The notes beneath the pieces are model-generated. The model saw nothing but the letters and a program-made list of their open reading frames with translations, made no database searches and was not told where the DNA came from. A DNA stretch of 64,000 nucleotides from Ascidiella aspersa (Eukaryota), in contig OZ004613.1 of NCBI GenBank assembly GCA_963924565.1, positions 7,998,001 through 8,062,000 of the forward strand, given 5' to 3'. Shown here piece after piece: positions 54,801 to 64,000 of this stretch. Numbering within the stretch: the stretch's first letter is position 1; every line of letters begins with the position of its first letter. The translations under genes were made by a program, and so were the position numbers.

Positions 54801-57800
54801 CTTTATAAAAAAAAAAAATTGTTTTTGCTGACAGTCCAAGACTCCCAGTTTAACATGGGTTCCAATTAAGTGAACAACCTATAAGTTTATAAACGTGTAA
54901 TAAACTGCTACCCAGAACCGTTTTTTTACCAGTTAAAAACGGACAAATTTTTGTACGCAAACATCAATTACGTTTCTTCTCATTATTTTTATTTCATTCA
55001 CACGAAAAGCACTCACTTTTTTGCTGTAACATACGCATATTACCAAAATACATTGCAACCTTTTTTGTAAATCATTACGAGCCAATTCCTTTTGTCCGAT
55101 AGTATCCGATCAAGGGGTGATACCCGTTGCAAAGTGGTAGTATCGGACGATACTAGGGTGGCATCAGTGTCGATCCGATACCTAATTAACAAAGTTTTCC
55201 AGCCATAATTTGAGATCAGACGCAACGATTCAAACTCGAAAGGTAAATTTACATTTCGTGACACCATCGCCCAAAATGTGTTCAGTGAGTTTTCCTTGAA
55301 AGGGATTGCAGGCACGAACGATTGTAATCCATTGACCTTGCATCGTTTTCCACCCTCAGGCAAGCGGTAGTTCCCGTTATTTTGGTTAAACGTTTAATTA
55401 TTTTAGATTTTAGTCACGCCGCCCGAAATGACTGTTTCCATGGGAGAAAGGGGCAGGATTGTGTTGAATTAGGTTGAGGATCCAAACGGATCCAGTTACC
55501 TTATTAGAATCGAACAATGCCATCCAAAACCTTCCACTTACTTGCATGTGAGTTATACCGTCTTTGCAATACATCGATTGTCGCTATTTGACATCGTTAT
55601 TTGGACAAGGTTAAAAAAGGCTGTAACTTGGTTGCTGCGTTTCGTACGTTCATACGGAACATGACAAAAAAGTTTGCATCATTTCTGACTGTACCTGAGC
55701 TTAAGACTGCCGAACACGCAGTGATTACCATTGTATCGTTTTTCACTCACTCTTAGGCAAATGGAAGTGCCTGTGGTATTGGTTACATTTTGTCACAAAC
55801 GAATGTAAACCTTTAACCTTGCATCGTGTTCTACTTACTCGCAGGCAAGTGGAAGTGTCCGTAGTCCCCTCCTCCCAAAAAAAGGTTTTCATAGAAAAAA
55901 GGCATGCATCTGTTTAAGTAGGTTTAGGCATCCACAGGGAGCCAGTTACCTTATTCAAATCGAACAATACAACCAACACATTTTACTTGATTTCAGGCAA
56001 GTGGGAGTGTCCGTGGCACCACTGCGACTTCTGCGGGCGTCGGGCGCAGCGCTTCTGCCACTTCTGCCCCAACTCGTTCTGCGCTTCGCACGTCACCAAC
56101 CAGCTGGTGGCCAGCGCACCCAACAAGTACGACTGCTGCATCGACCACGACCCCAACGTGGCAGAGTACGAGATGGAGGAAGCTATCGTCACCGTCGCCG
56201 AGTCCATGATCCCTCCCGGAGGATCCCTTATGGAGGAGGAAGAAGAGGATGTGGAGGATGACGACTTGGAAGACGGTGAACCTCAGATCTCTCCTTCCGC
56301 TGGTGGTGGGGTTTTCGCTGCTAAAATCAGTGACGAAAAGGTTTGTGTGTTGTTTGCGGTTGCGCAATCGTGTAAAGAAGGCGGTTTGAAAAGACTTAAG
56401 TCCCAGTCAAGTCTTTGTAAAAGTCCAAGTCAGGTCATTCGTAAAATAAATTAAGTCCAAGTCAAGTCGTATTTTAGACGTTTAACTATTAAAATTGGAA
56501 AACCGTCTGAATATGAGCAATAGCTCAACTAAAAATACAATATGAACCTTCGCTCTTTCCGCTGGTGGTGTTGTTTTCTGCTAAATTCAGGGACGAAAAG
56601 ATTCGTGTGTGATTTGGTGCGGTATTGGGCGTTTTGGAAACGGTTGCGCAGTGTTGCAACAAGTCATTTTGAAAAGACTGAAGTCCCAGTCGAGTCATTT
56701 TGAAAGGACCAGTCCCGGTCAAGTAATTTTAAAAAGACTTAAGTCCCGGTCAAGTAATTTTAAAAAGACTTAAGTCCCGGTCAAGTCATTTTAAAAAGAC
56801 TTAAGTCCCGGTCAATTCATTGTAAAATGACTTTGGTCCCAGTCAATTCATAATTAGAGCAAGTCAATTTCAAGTAAAGTCCTTGTCATAAAAATTAAAC
56901 GTCAAGCTATTAAAATTAGTAAATTCGTCTGAATATGAACGAGAACTCAATTAAAAATAATTTTTTTTTTTTATGCGCAAATATTTGATTAACTTCACCA
57001 AACTTTATTAAATAAAATGCTTAAATAAAAACTTTTTCTTTAAACCCAAGTCATTTGTCCAAAAGGCTTAAGGCAAGTGAAGACTCGGAGGGAGAGGAGC
57101 GAGTCCAGAAACATTACATACAACCTCAGCTGGAAGTTTCCAACTATTAATGTTTTTATTTATTTTTATTGTCTCAACAGGAGCCGACGAAACCCAAAGT
57201 GCAGCGTACATCTCGCGCCGGGCGTCCAGTCCACGCCAAAACCCAACTCAAACCCTTCAAACCACTCAAACAACCCAAAACTCAACCGCCCCAAGCCCCG
57301 GCCGCAGGGGAAACCCCCACACCTAAGAAGAAGCGCGGCAGACCCAGGAAACAAACGTAATTTAAATTAATTATTATTCAAAAAGCGGATCTTCTGGTAA
57401 TTGTTATTCTTTACCAACGTTCGGCAACCATAGCCTTTCGTCCCTGACTCTTTATTAGAAAGAGCTATAATAAGAATATCAAAACCCATACAGAAGTAGG
57501 TATCATTTTTAACGTTTCGAATAGTTCTTTATTCATTTTCAACATATTCATTTTTTATTTCATTTTCAAGATCATTCGAAACATTTAAAATTCTACCTAC
57601 TTCTGTATGGGCTTTGATATTCTTCTTACGTCTTACTACAACCTCCGACCATTATGCTCCAAAGATTAGAAGAGCAGTTTTTTTGTTTAATATTACTATG
57701 CCTTGTAGCAACAGCTTTTATATAGGTAATTTAAATTCATTCACGGCCGCCTGTCTTAATACTGTTAGGCGATTAACTTTCTTTTGAACTTTGGTTTAAG

Positions 57801-59839
57801 AATTATGCACCACACCCATTTTGATGCGGCTTTCCTATTAAACAAACGACGTATATTAGTGGATTGTAAGTTCATGTCAAACTACTTTCTAAGCAATCAT
57901 TTACTGATAGAAATGTTCCAAATGCTAAAAAAGTATGATTAATGCTTGCTAAAACGTAGTGTTTTTTAAGTGTTTTGTTTAAACATATATACAGTATTTT
58001 TTTATAAATATATTGTTTTTAATTTATTCTCATTACTTTAAATCTTATTGCTAAATATTTGAAACTCTATATAAGATGTTTACACACAAGCTTTCTTTCA
58101 AGCGACTTTTCCTTTTTTCCTAGGTTGGACGGGGTCCAGGCTTCCATTCAGGCAGATCTAGATGCTGTTAAAATGGAAGTTAAACCCGTCGTAGACGTCA
58201 ACGCCCTGGAACCTACGCCTGCTTCGACTGAGACCGGTAACATACAATTTACATTGAAAATATATCTATATATTAGGATTAGTTGTGTTAATCACAACAC
58301 ATTTATGGAGAATTAAATGCTTTTGGGCACGAAGTTACGCGATTGGAAATTTCAATTGTTTTTCTTATTTAAAAACCAGAAGTACAGGGAAATAAATAGT
58401 ATTTACTTCATTTTATAACGATACGATTTGTTAGGTCTTCTTTTAACTCCTATTGGTACGTAGAGTCAATAACATTTCACCAATGCAGCCTTCTAAAGTA
58501 ACTATAGTATTTTAGTGCATTTAAGTAACCTATGCGCTTTAAATTTATGTTTTTTTTAGCTTTTTCAAATTTTTTCAGCTAAAAAAGACAAAATTTGTCC
58601 TGAATAGGTCTCTAGAATAGATGATACATATTACCTACGCAATTACCGGTCTTAATTAAAAAAATGGTAACCGAAGAAATGCCACTTCCTACTAAAGAAA
58701 CATAATAACTAATATTAAACCCTAATTTACAAATATATTTAATAAACATAACCTAATTCATGGTCCGCCACAAAATCACAAACGCTCTTGTGACGTCACA
58801 GACTCGGACGACGACCTCGGACCGACCATGTCGTCGCCAGTCAAGCGGAAACGCGTCAAGACGAAGCATTACGTCGGGCGACGCAAGAAACGTAGAAAAT
58901 CGAACGTAAAAGACGCGCGAGCGGCCGTCGCTGTTACGTCACCTGTCAAGATGGAAAGCAACGAGATGCAGGGGTAACTATGGCTTTCGCATGTCAGTGG
59001 GTTTCAAAGTTTGTTTTATTTATGTCAGTGGGTTTTAAACTTTTTTTTTATGCCAGTGGGTTTTAAAGTTGTTTTTTTCATGTCAGTGGGTTTTGATTGT
59101 TTTTGGCCGGTCCGACCTATATAGTTCGGGCTTGTGATTTAACGGCGGGCCACATTCGATTTTATCGTAATGAACTTTTAAATAAAACGCGTTAAAACAT
59201 ATTGTAACTTTTCACTGAATTCAGTAATAGTAATTTGTAATTCGGCGTTTCTCTACCTTTTACGCTTTTACTAAGAGTAATTTATAATCGCTGAACTTGT
59301 TGCAAGCACACAAAACGTAAAATATTGGCATTGTTAAGGTTACATTTACTTAATATGAGCCTTTTTTCCGTTTTTTAAAGGCGAAGCAAGTTATTACCCG
59401 ATGCCAAGTGTTAGTATCGGAACTCTTCCGATACTATGGTGGTACCGGTTCCGATCCGCTACCAAATTAATATCGAAATTTCAGTCATGATTTGTAATTC
59501 ACTGCGGAAATTTCCGTCTCAAAAAATAATAAAATAAGCATAAGGTCACTTAACTCTTGTTTTTTTTTTAAGCAAATTTTGGCCAAATGACCTGTAAAAA
59601 ACGATGCAAACGGTTAAATTTTATCTAATTTGCTCATTTTGGCATTTGGGGCATATTAATGACGTCATTTGGTATATAACCGGATTGCGATACTTTTTGT
59701 CCGTAATATCGTGTATCGGAATGGAAACAAAAAGTATCGGACTCCCCTATTTGATATCACAACGCAGTAAACATCATCCTTCTCCAGAATTGAGGAGCCC
59801 GCCCAAAAAGCGGAACCAAGCACAGAAGAGGAAAGTTGA
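30805..59839 (+). CDS. NSD2: NSD-family histone H3K36 methyltransferase (PWWP1, HMG-like, 2 C2HC fingers, PHD1-4, PWWP2, AWS, SET, post-SET, PHD5-C5HCH)
   Basis: Phase-compatible exons: 30805-31261, 31386-31431, 32174-32270, 32551-32680 ([15 protein letters not shown]), 32929-33124 ([15 protein letters not shown]), 33698-33830, [34394-37660 optional], 38058-38214, 38766-38863, 40483-40668 (HMG-like), 41219-41369, 41440-41514, 41927-42061, 43521-43711, 44636-44759, 45284-45455, 46685-46798, 47198-47364, 47629-47788, 48415-48559 (RWWP), 49449-49616, 50489-50648 (AWS), 51212-51321, 52350-52466, 53034-53175 (RFMNHCC), 53603-53709 (ELTFNY, post-SET), 54531-54735, 55997-56340, 57181-57356, 58124-58236, 58802-58973, 59788-59839. 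Probably a pro-ortholog of NSD1/2/3; the HMG box makes it most NSD2-like. Confidence 0.93.
31542..31793. mobile_element. hAT-like MITE
   Basis: TAGTGGTTTTCAA...TTGAGAACCACTG, TSD TGTTAGTG/TGTTAGTT. Confidence 0.75.
34138..34270. repeat. Hairpin-plus-tail dispersed repeat (family D)
   Basis: AAAGCCTATACAGAAGTAGGTA...TACCTACTTTCTGTATGGGCTTT followed by TACGTCTTACTA.AACCTC..ACCA.TATGCTCCA. Copies at about 57478-57661, 50393-50461 and 12464-12532. Confidence 0.75.
34394..37669 (+). CDS. Domesticated pogo/Tigger/CENP-B transposase-derived exon inside NSD (4 x HTH_psq, CENP-B HTH, degenerate DDE_1)
   Basis: Uninterrupted frame of about 1090 codons. psq-like repeats [10 protein letters not shown]...[11 protein letters not shown], ...[21 protein letters not shown]...[21 protein letters not shown]...[14 protein letters not shown]_1-like blocks [45 protein letters not shown]. 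Acceptor AG at 34392-34393 and donor GTATGT at 37661. Confidence 0.88.
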   Translation, partial: NNEEVSAQAKNTDLQELLIQALQLDLLPSDENSVIQSKFSAKNFQEIAAGDAMLIPASTAMSKNSISDQNTSQTQTDVVIFKEDSVVILKKSVSSAELPNVQCQPSMQDIDVNFETTDTFKSMSNKDGNLKSGQSESVLSNDFKTAIKSNRTAQPEMAGPASCVAAVSSEKAIDKTTSHVGYGQTSLSTIHSVPDCIELPTPKVTKSIRTSLLFSYVSSKPKKRVSLGDQIDTSHIRRLSLNIPAQNRRKCKSESHISLSKLGTTTNTALSENTERREKQMHTLLSEQSIAEQEQTVLHCEKTATFRQCLGLIAKHTPAALSQSCTLTKERAENAVAALKSESSDAAAETTCSCTALKETRGIGDNTYTVRELISAINLVQDGFPVRAVAPNFQIPSSTLFDYSSGKKHLAVKHHSDCKLFAKGKFVIIQNQVHHIRLIGESRRLRIAEKLDKAKPTTPSSIPKESLELKVTQQKDKPTASLKYPRVLLKKHVENSTSVPKVTEPDIAHIGRRKLIAAQRKYKLLPEKDKLPESGVLNNDNFQSALRRCIRGKKLSLAARQHNIPVQDFSDKILSLLGKERTQQDCPPKPVRVNSYTHKNMLEALDAYFSGALTLSQSHRKYNIPGTTLRDSVVRNKAIYDRVIKNPKMQRRSRVALLIKNMNFFRMFGSNSRRKSSTRLLMSQERSRPTENLRSSKTSNLVAKTTNLPQDAKKDTVERPKMAARTYSLEILQTAIAQVRSGDRLVEVAHKYNIPRSTLSDHVFGRHRRGLSSGLTARWTADLDKKIAICIKEMMRWGWTLSKNQLSSLVAEHLTAIESKHCVTDIWQKYFCCRNGIITSDVNEAMSDTEADPYTVYSLFDRLEEALKNFGLENNPSQVFLIHELPITAIDLPQASTLLTVNATGEKFTPLIIFKNDTIWTCDQKKPFCYSATMTSSGFLDRTTFSRYLKNFVADISKPTVFLFDGQLTDLTIGFLSWALEKKVVVLKLPYPSSKIIFDVPYSNVVKAMRQILARKAKQTRNNNRSALSLVSEVWDNVLTPETVISSFDESGFFPANRDKYPAETFNPEKLHDFCLRNGNNLSGSLRPQVC
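40091..40459. mobile_element. hAT-like MITE (CCGATA-rich)
   Basis: TAGAGATCGACCGATAT...ATATCGGTCTATCTCTA, TSD ATGTTAAC/ATTTTAAC. Confidence 0.82.
42591..42995. mobile_element. hAT-like MITE
   Basis: CAGGGGTGGGCAAA...TTTGCCCACCACTG TIRs, imperfect TSD GGATATAG/GTATATAC. Confidence 0.75.
51815..52230. repeat. 24-bp minisatellite (CATCCTAAAATACTCGTATAAATA), about 17 copies, in an NSD SET-domain intron
   Basis: Direct tandem array with rare single-base variants and degenerate units on both flanks (about 51670-52325). Confidence 0.97.
56650..57078. mobile_element. MITE family A with internal tandem expansion (partial copy also at about 56390-56540)
   Basis: CAGTGTTGCAACAAGTCATTTTG start and repeated TTTTAAAAAGACTTAAGTCCCGGTCAA. 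Confidence 0.75.
57478..57661. repeat. Hairpin-plus-tail dispersed repeat (family D)
   Basis: CCCATACAGAAGTAGGTA...TACCTACTTCTGTATGGG inverted arms plus the conserved tail. Confidence 0.78.
58991..59096. repeat. Four copies of a ~30-bp tandem unit (ATGTCAGTGGGTTTT...)
   Basis: Units start at about 58991, 59022, 59050 and 59080. Confidence 0.85.
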
Positions 59840-61499
59840 CGGGAAAAACACAAGTCCGTCTATTCCGCCTTTTTGCGCGAATTCCCCTCAGACCGATGTC
59901 GATTATCTCATTACACGGAATGTCTTCAATCTTAGGGAAAAAAAAACTCGTCGATTAGTGTGTTGAAGCTTCGAAAACACTAGTTTCGCTATAGGCTCTG
60001 TTCGATTTTGTGTTGTACCTGGATTTATACTGTTTTGTTTTGCGTTGCTTTTTCTTGTTTTCTATCCTACAGTTGGAAACCGGTAGATAACTGTAGAGAT
60101 TAGTTGACAATTTCAACTCAAGGAAAAAAAAGCGCAAGATGAATTATGTCCATTTGACAATCGTCGATGAATACCAAATGCATTTGTTTTGTACGGCCGA
60201 AATCATTGTTTATTTTGCCAGTTATTTGTTCTGTCTTCGGTTTAGTGCCTGGCACCTCATTTGTGTACTTCGGAGCGTTTCCGTTCTTTAAAATACCCTA
60301 GCTATTTGTTTGGTTGCTATTTTTACTGCTAACGACAATAAAACACAAACGGTATGTAGTCTTAATGGATAATTTCAGCCACTATAGTAGTTTTTGTTTA
60401 ATTACCCTAAAGGTTCGATAGTTTTTTAATGTTGTATAAATTAATACAAAGGAGGCAAAAACACTGGTTTGATCAGTGGTACTCGTAATGTTGAACTTAA
60501 TGTTTAAAACTCAGTAAATAATTTAATTCACGATTTGCCTACAAATAAAAGCTAGGGATTACAAATACTTATATAAAATTAGAAAATTATGTTTTTTGTA
60601 TTTTGTAATCTTTTTTTTATTTAAAAAACGTAAGTTTTTTTCCTGAAAGCGGATGGTGCTGCAGTAAAAAGTCCTTAGATCGTACATGGCCAGATAGGTT
60701 AAGAATCACAGCTTTAAACCTAAGCAGATGCAGAAAATATAAATCTCCTAGCTTCCCCTCTATTCTGTAAAAAAAAAACGAACACAACTTATGTACAACT
60801 ACTATTCGACAGTGTACACTATAAGTTGCTGAACAAGACCGCGTAAAACCACCAGAGTCCCAAAATCGACGTGGGCATGCGTAGAACTAAATTTTGAAAC
60901 TAAAATGGCAGCCAACAGCAAGTTGTAAAGGTGGAATAGTAAATGGTGGATATTTTCCAATCATGTTATATTTGTGGATAAATTGTATGACACACTTATG
61001 AGGGATTGCTGAAAATTCAATTTATTTAGTTGCGTAAATTGGTGAAATACATGCTGTGGAGTTGGAGCCGCACTCGGGACTCGATAAAATCGCACATTTA
61101 GCCAGAGTCGAACTCATGACTCTGGAATGGAGTTAACTTGGGTTTATTTTATTGGCCGGAGCCGGATTCGGGAGTTTGGACTTAACCGACTCCGCAGCTC
61201 GGAAAAAACAGTCAGCATATTTTTTGAAAGCTTTTGTTATTACAATTCAAATTCATATTCTTAAATCTGTTGGGCTTACAGGAATATGTGACGAAACTGT
61301 AAAAGTTATACAATAGCGCAAAATAAAAAATGTACGTGATCCTTATCCTATTTATTTCAGAGATTGGATGAGCGGTAGACACGAGTTACGGAAGGTTAGA
61401 AACAAGTTGCTTTGCTGGAAATTTAAGTTGGCTCGAAGCAAACTTGGCACGTTTGGCGTGACTGTAGAGTTATATATTTAATTTTTTTAAACTGGCAAG

Positions 61500-63961
61500 A
61501 TGTTGACCTCGAAAGCAATTTCCCAACTCAGTAGGTCTTTGCGTAAATGCAACATTCGTCAAAAGGCAAGTGGGATTTCAAATTTTTTTTTTTTAAAGTA
61601 CTATAGTTTCGAAACGGCCAATCATTTCAATCAAAAAACTAGGTGCTGGTCTAGAATCATACAACCAGCGCCCAAAACTACAAACTATTATATCTTTGAC
61701 TTATATAAATATCATAGCCCACATAAAACAGAAAGTAGCATTTTCCAGTTTGTTATTGAAATATAAATATTTTGCCCTTGTTTGGCACAATAAAAGAAAG
61801 GATGCCAATAAAGCCTTATCAATTTAAGGCCATGCATTAGGTCATTTTTATTCAATTAGGATTTGACGAATTTAAAAGAAAAAAAAATTATAGTACTTTC
61901 AAATTACTGGCGCTCTTTTACTTATGTACGTGAAAATTAATAAAAAAAAACTTTCTTCAAATGCCGCATACCACAGCGCATATTGTTTGGGTTAGGGTTA
62001 ACGTTTGGTTGAGGGTGGGTCAAGTTATTATTAATAATAAACATAATATTACTTGACCCACCCTCACCCAAACGCTAACCCGCACCCTAACCCAAACAAT
62101 ATGCGTTGTGGTATGCGGTATTATTTTGTTTTGTTGTTTGCATAACTTTTCACGTACATAGGTAAAAGAGCACCAAATTACTGAGTAAGAATATCATTAT
62201 TATCTCATCAGACATTACCCAAGCGATTTTCAGCTGTATTACTCATTCTAAGTTGGTATTTAGCCAATTTCAAATACATATCTTTAATGCTATTTTTTTT
62301 TATTAGACGCTACTTAAGCGATTTGGATCCAGTCAGGCTTCGGTCCATGTGAACACCCCCGAAACGAGGGTCACAAAGCTTGCAAACGGCCTCCGCGTGG
62401 CCTCGGAGGATTCTGGCTTGTCGACGTGCACCGTTGGTTTGTGGATTGATGCTGGTAGCCGCTATGAGCGAAACGACAACAATGGAACTGCACATTTCTT
62501 GGAACACATGGCTTTCAAGGTAACTATAACTGTTTGAATTTATTACTCAAATCAATCTAAACATGTTTTAGTAAACATCACAAATTACTCAATAAATTCA
62601 GCTTAGTAACGATTTGTACACATATATTTTGCACAAATATTGAACATAAAAAATCATTATTTTCTAATCAAATAAATTTTAAATTTTTTTGTTTAAATTT
62701 CCAAACCAACGAGGTCACTGAATTAAAAACATGCTTTTTAAAATACCATACCTAGGAATATAATTAGTTGATTGCCTAAAAATGATAAAGTATAAACAAA
62801 ATTAAAATTATATGAACTTGTTCTTAACATGGTTGCCACAAAGTAGTCTTCAAATTGATTTCCGCATTAAAAAGTACTATCTTTTCAATATTCTTTAAGG
62901 TTGTTGTATGTGCAGCGTAAGTTAATCTGTTTAAAAAGTGTGAGTGTGAATTCCTTTAACTATTTGTTATTGTGTTTGACCATGGCATTTAAAGTGACCA
63001 TATTTGTTTCAAAACCTGGTACTGCGTACGTCGGACTCTTAAACTCAGGTAGTTTTAAGTGGTCTTACTCGAGTTCCAAGTCCGCCCCAGCAAACAAACC
63101 GACTCCCGAGTTCAGAGTCTGACTCTTCAGCCCTGCTTTAAATGCTCAAATTCATCTTTCTATTTATAATGCATTGTATTTCCATTGCAGGGAACCGATA
63201 ACAGAAGCCAGCTTGATCTTGAACTTGAAGTGGAGAACATGGGTGCTCACTTGAATGCGTATACGTCAAGGGAACAAACTGTCTACTACGCCAAGGCTTT
63301 CAGCAAAGATCTGCCCAGAGGTGCATTTTTTTCAGGCGATTTGTTTGTGACTAAAATAACCAAAGATATTAACATATTAAAGTCCTAAAAAAACATGTTA
63401 ACATAATTCATAGTTATCATGATAGTGTAATAAACATATTTCATGGTGGTAATAAACATATTCAAAGAATAATGGTATGCAAACATTTAGTAACTCCTAT
63501 TTTATATTGTAACATTTCATAGTTTTTATGATAGTGTAATAAACCTTTTAGAAATCCAATTTACCCATTAGCATAGCTGCTGTATTCACTTACAAGATGG
63601 ATACCTCATACTCTTAATCGATGGAGTTTTCTTCTTAAAATTTGGTCGTGTTGATAGCTGCACTGGTTTAATTCTAAATCTGGAAATCAGTTGGCACTGT
63701 TTTAAAATAGGTTTTTTGTTTTGACCTGATGTAGGTGGTGCGAAAGCTTTTCAAACGATTAGTAGTCAAACAGTGCCATCTGAGTTCTGAGTTTTTAAAG
63801 GTGTATATCAGAGCTAATAAGCTACCAACTTTGTAATTTACATTTCAGCTGTTGAGATTTTGTCAGACATCATTCAGAACAGCACATTGGGTGAGGCGGA
63901 AATAGAACGGGAACGAGGTGTTATTCTTCGGGAAATGGAAGAAATTGAACAAAACCAACAG
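61500..63961 (+). CDS. PMPCB: Mitochondrial processing peptidase beta subunit, 5' part (runs off the window)
   Basis: Exons 61500-61565 (presequence), 62307-62519 ([15 protein letters not shown]...GSRYE...[12 protein letters not shown]), 63191-63320 ([15 protein letters not shown]), 63849-63961 ([14 protein letters not shown]). The intact HxxEH zinc motif favours PMPCB over UQCRC1. Confidence 0.92.
61909..62174. mobile_element. Palindromic (foldback) MITE with GG(C/T)GC termini and 8-bp TSD
   Basis: GGCGCTCTTTTAC...GTAAAAGAGCACC with perfect TSD AAATTACT. The inner core is shared with 24153-24355. Confidence 0.88.
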
Positions 63962-64000
63962 GTATATATTCTTTGGAATCTATTTTTTTAAATACACCCT

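Noticed and set aside
61980-62100. Interstitial telomere
   Set aside because: Only isolated TTAGGG/CCCTAA units occur, inside a foldback element, and not as a tandem array.
61500-63961. UQCRC1 assignment
   Set aside because: The intact HFLEH zinc-binding motif indicates catalytic MPP-beta, although a bifunctional core-1/MPP-beta role cannot be excluded.

Overview
Eukaryotic, AT-rich, intron-containing animal DNA. The compact introns, dense MITEs and mosaic CpG content suggest an invertebrate chordate such as an ascidian, but this is inference only. Hand-spliced gene models, left to right: (1) 3' part of a single-pass membrane protein with TSP1-like cysteines and a tyrosine-motif-rich tail (+, to 6423); (2) MRPL9 (+, 7686-10467); (3) INPP5K/J inositol 5-phosphatase with SKICH domain (-, 21619-12681); (4) an intronless DNAJB2/6-type co-chaperone with a UIM (-, 23328-22414); (5) an NSD-family H3K36 methyltransferase (+, 30805-59839); (6) the 5' part of PMPCB (+, 61500 onward), whose first intron is GC-AG. 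The standout is a 3267-bp ORF derived from a pogo/CENP-B transposase (four psq-type HTHs, a CENP-B HTH and a degenerate DDE domain) inside the NSD gene. It is bounded by a phase-0 acceptor (34393|34394) and a phase-0 donor (37660|37661) that match the flanking NSD exons, so it can be spliced in frame as a 1089-codon cassette between PWWP1 and the HMG box. That would give a candidate transposase-histone methyltransferase fusion, convergent with primate SETMAR. No transcript evidence is available here.
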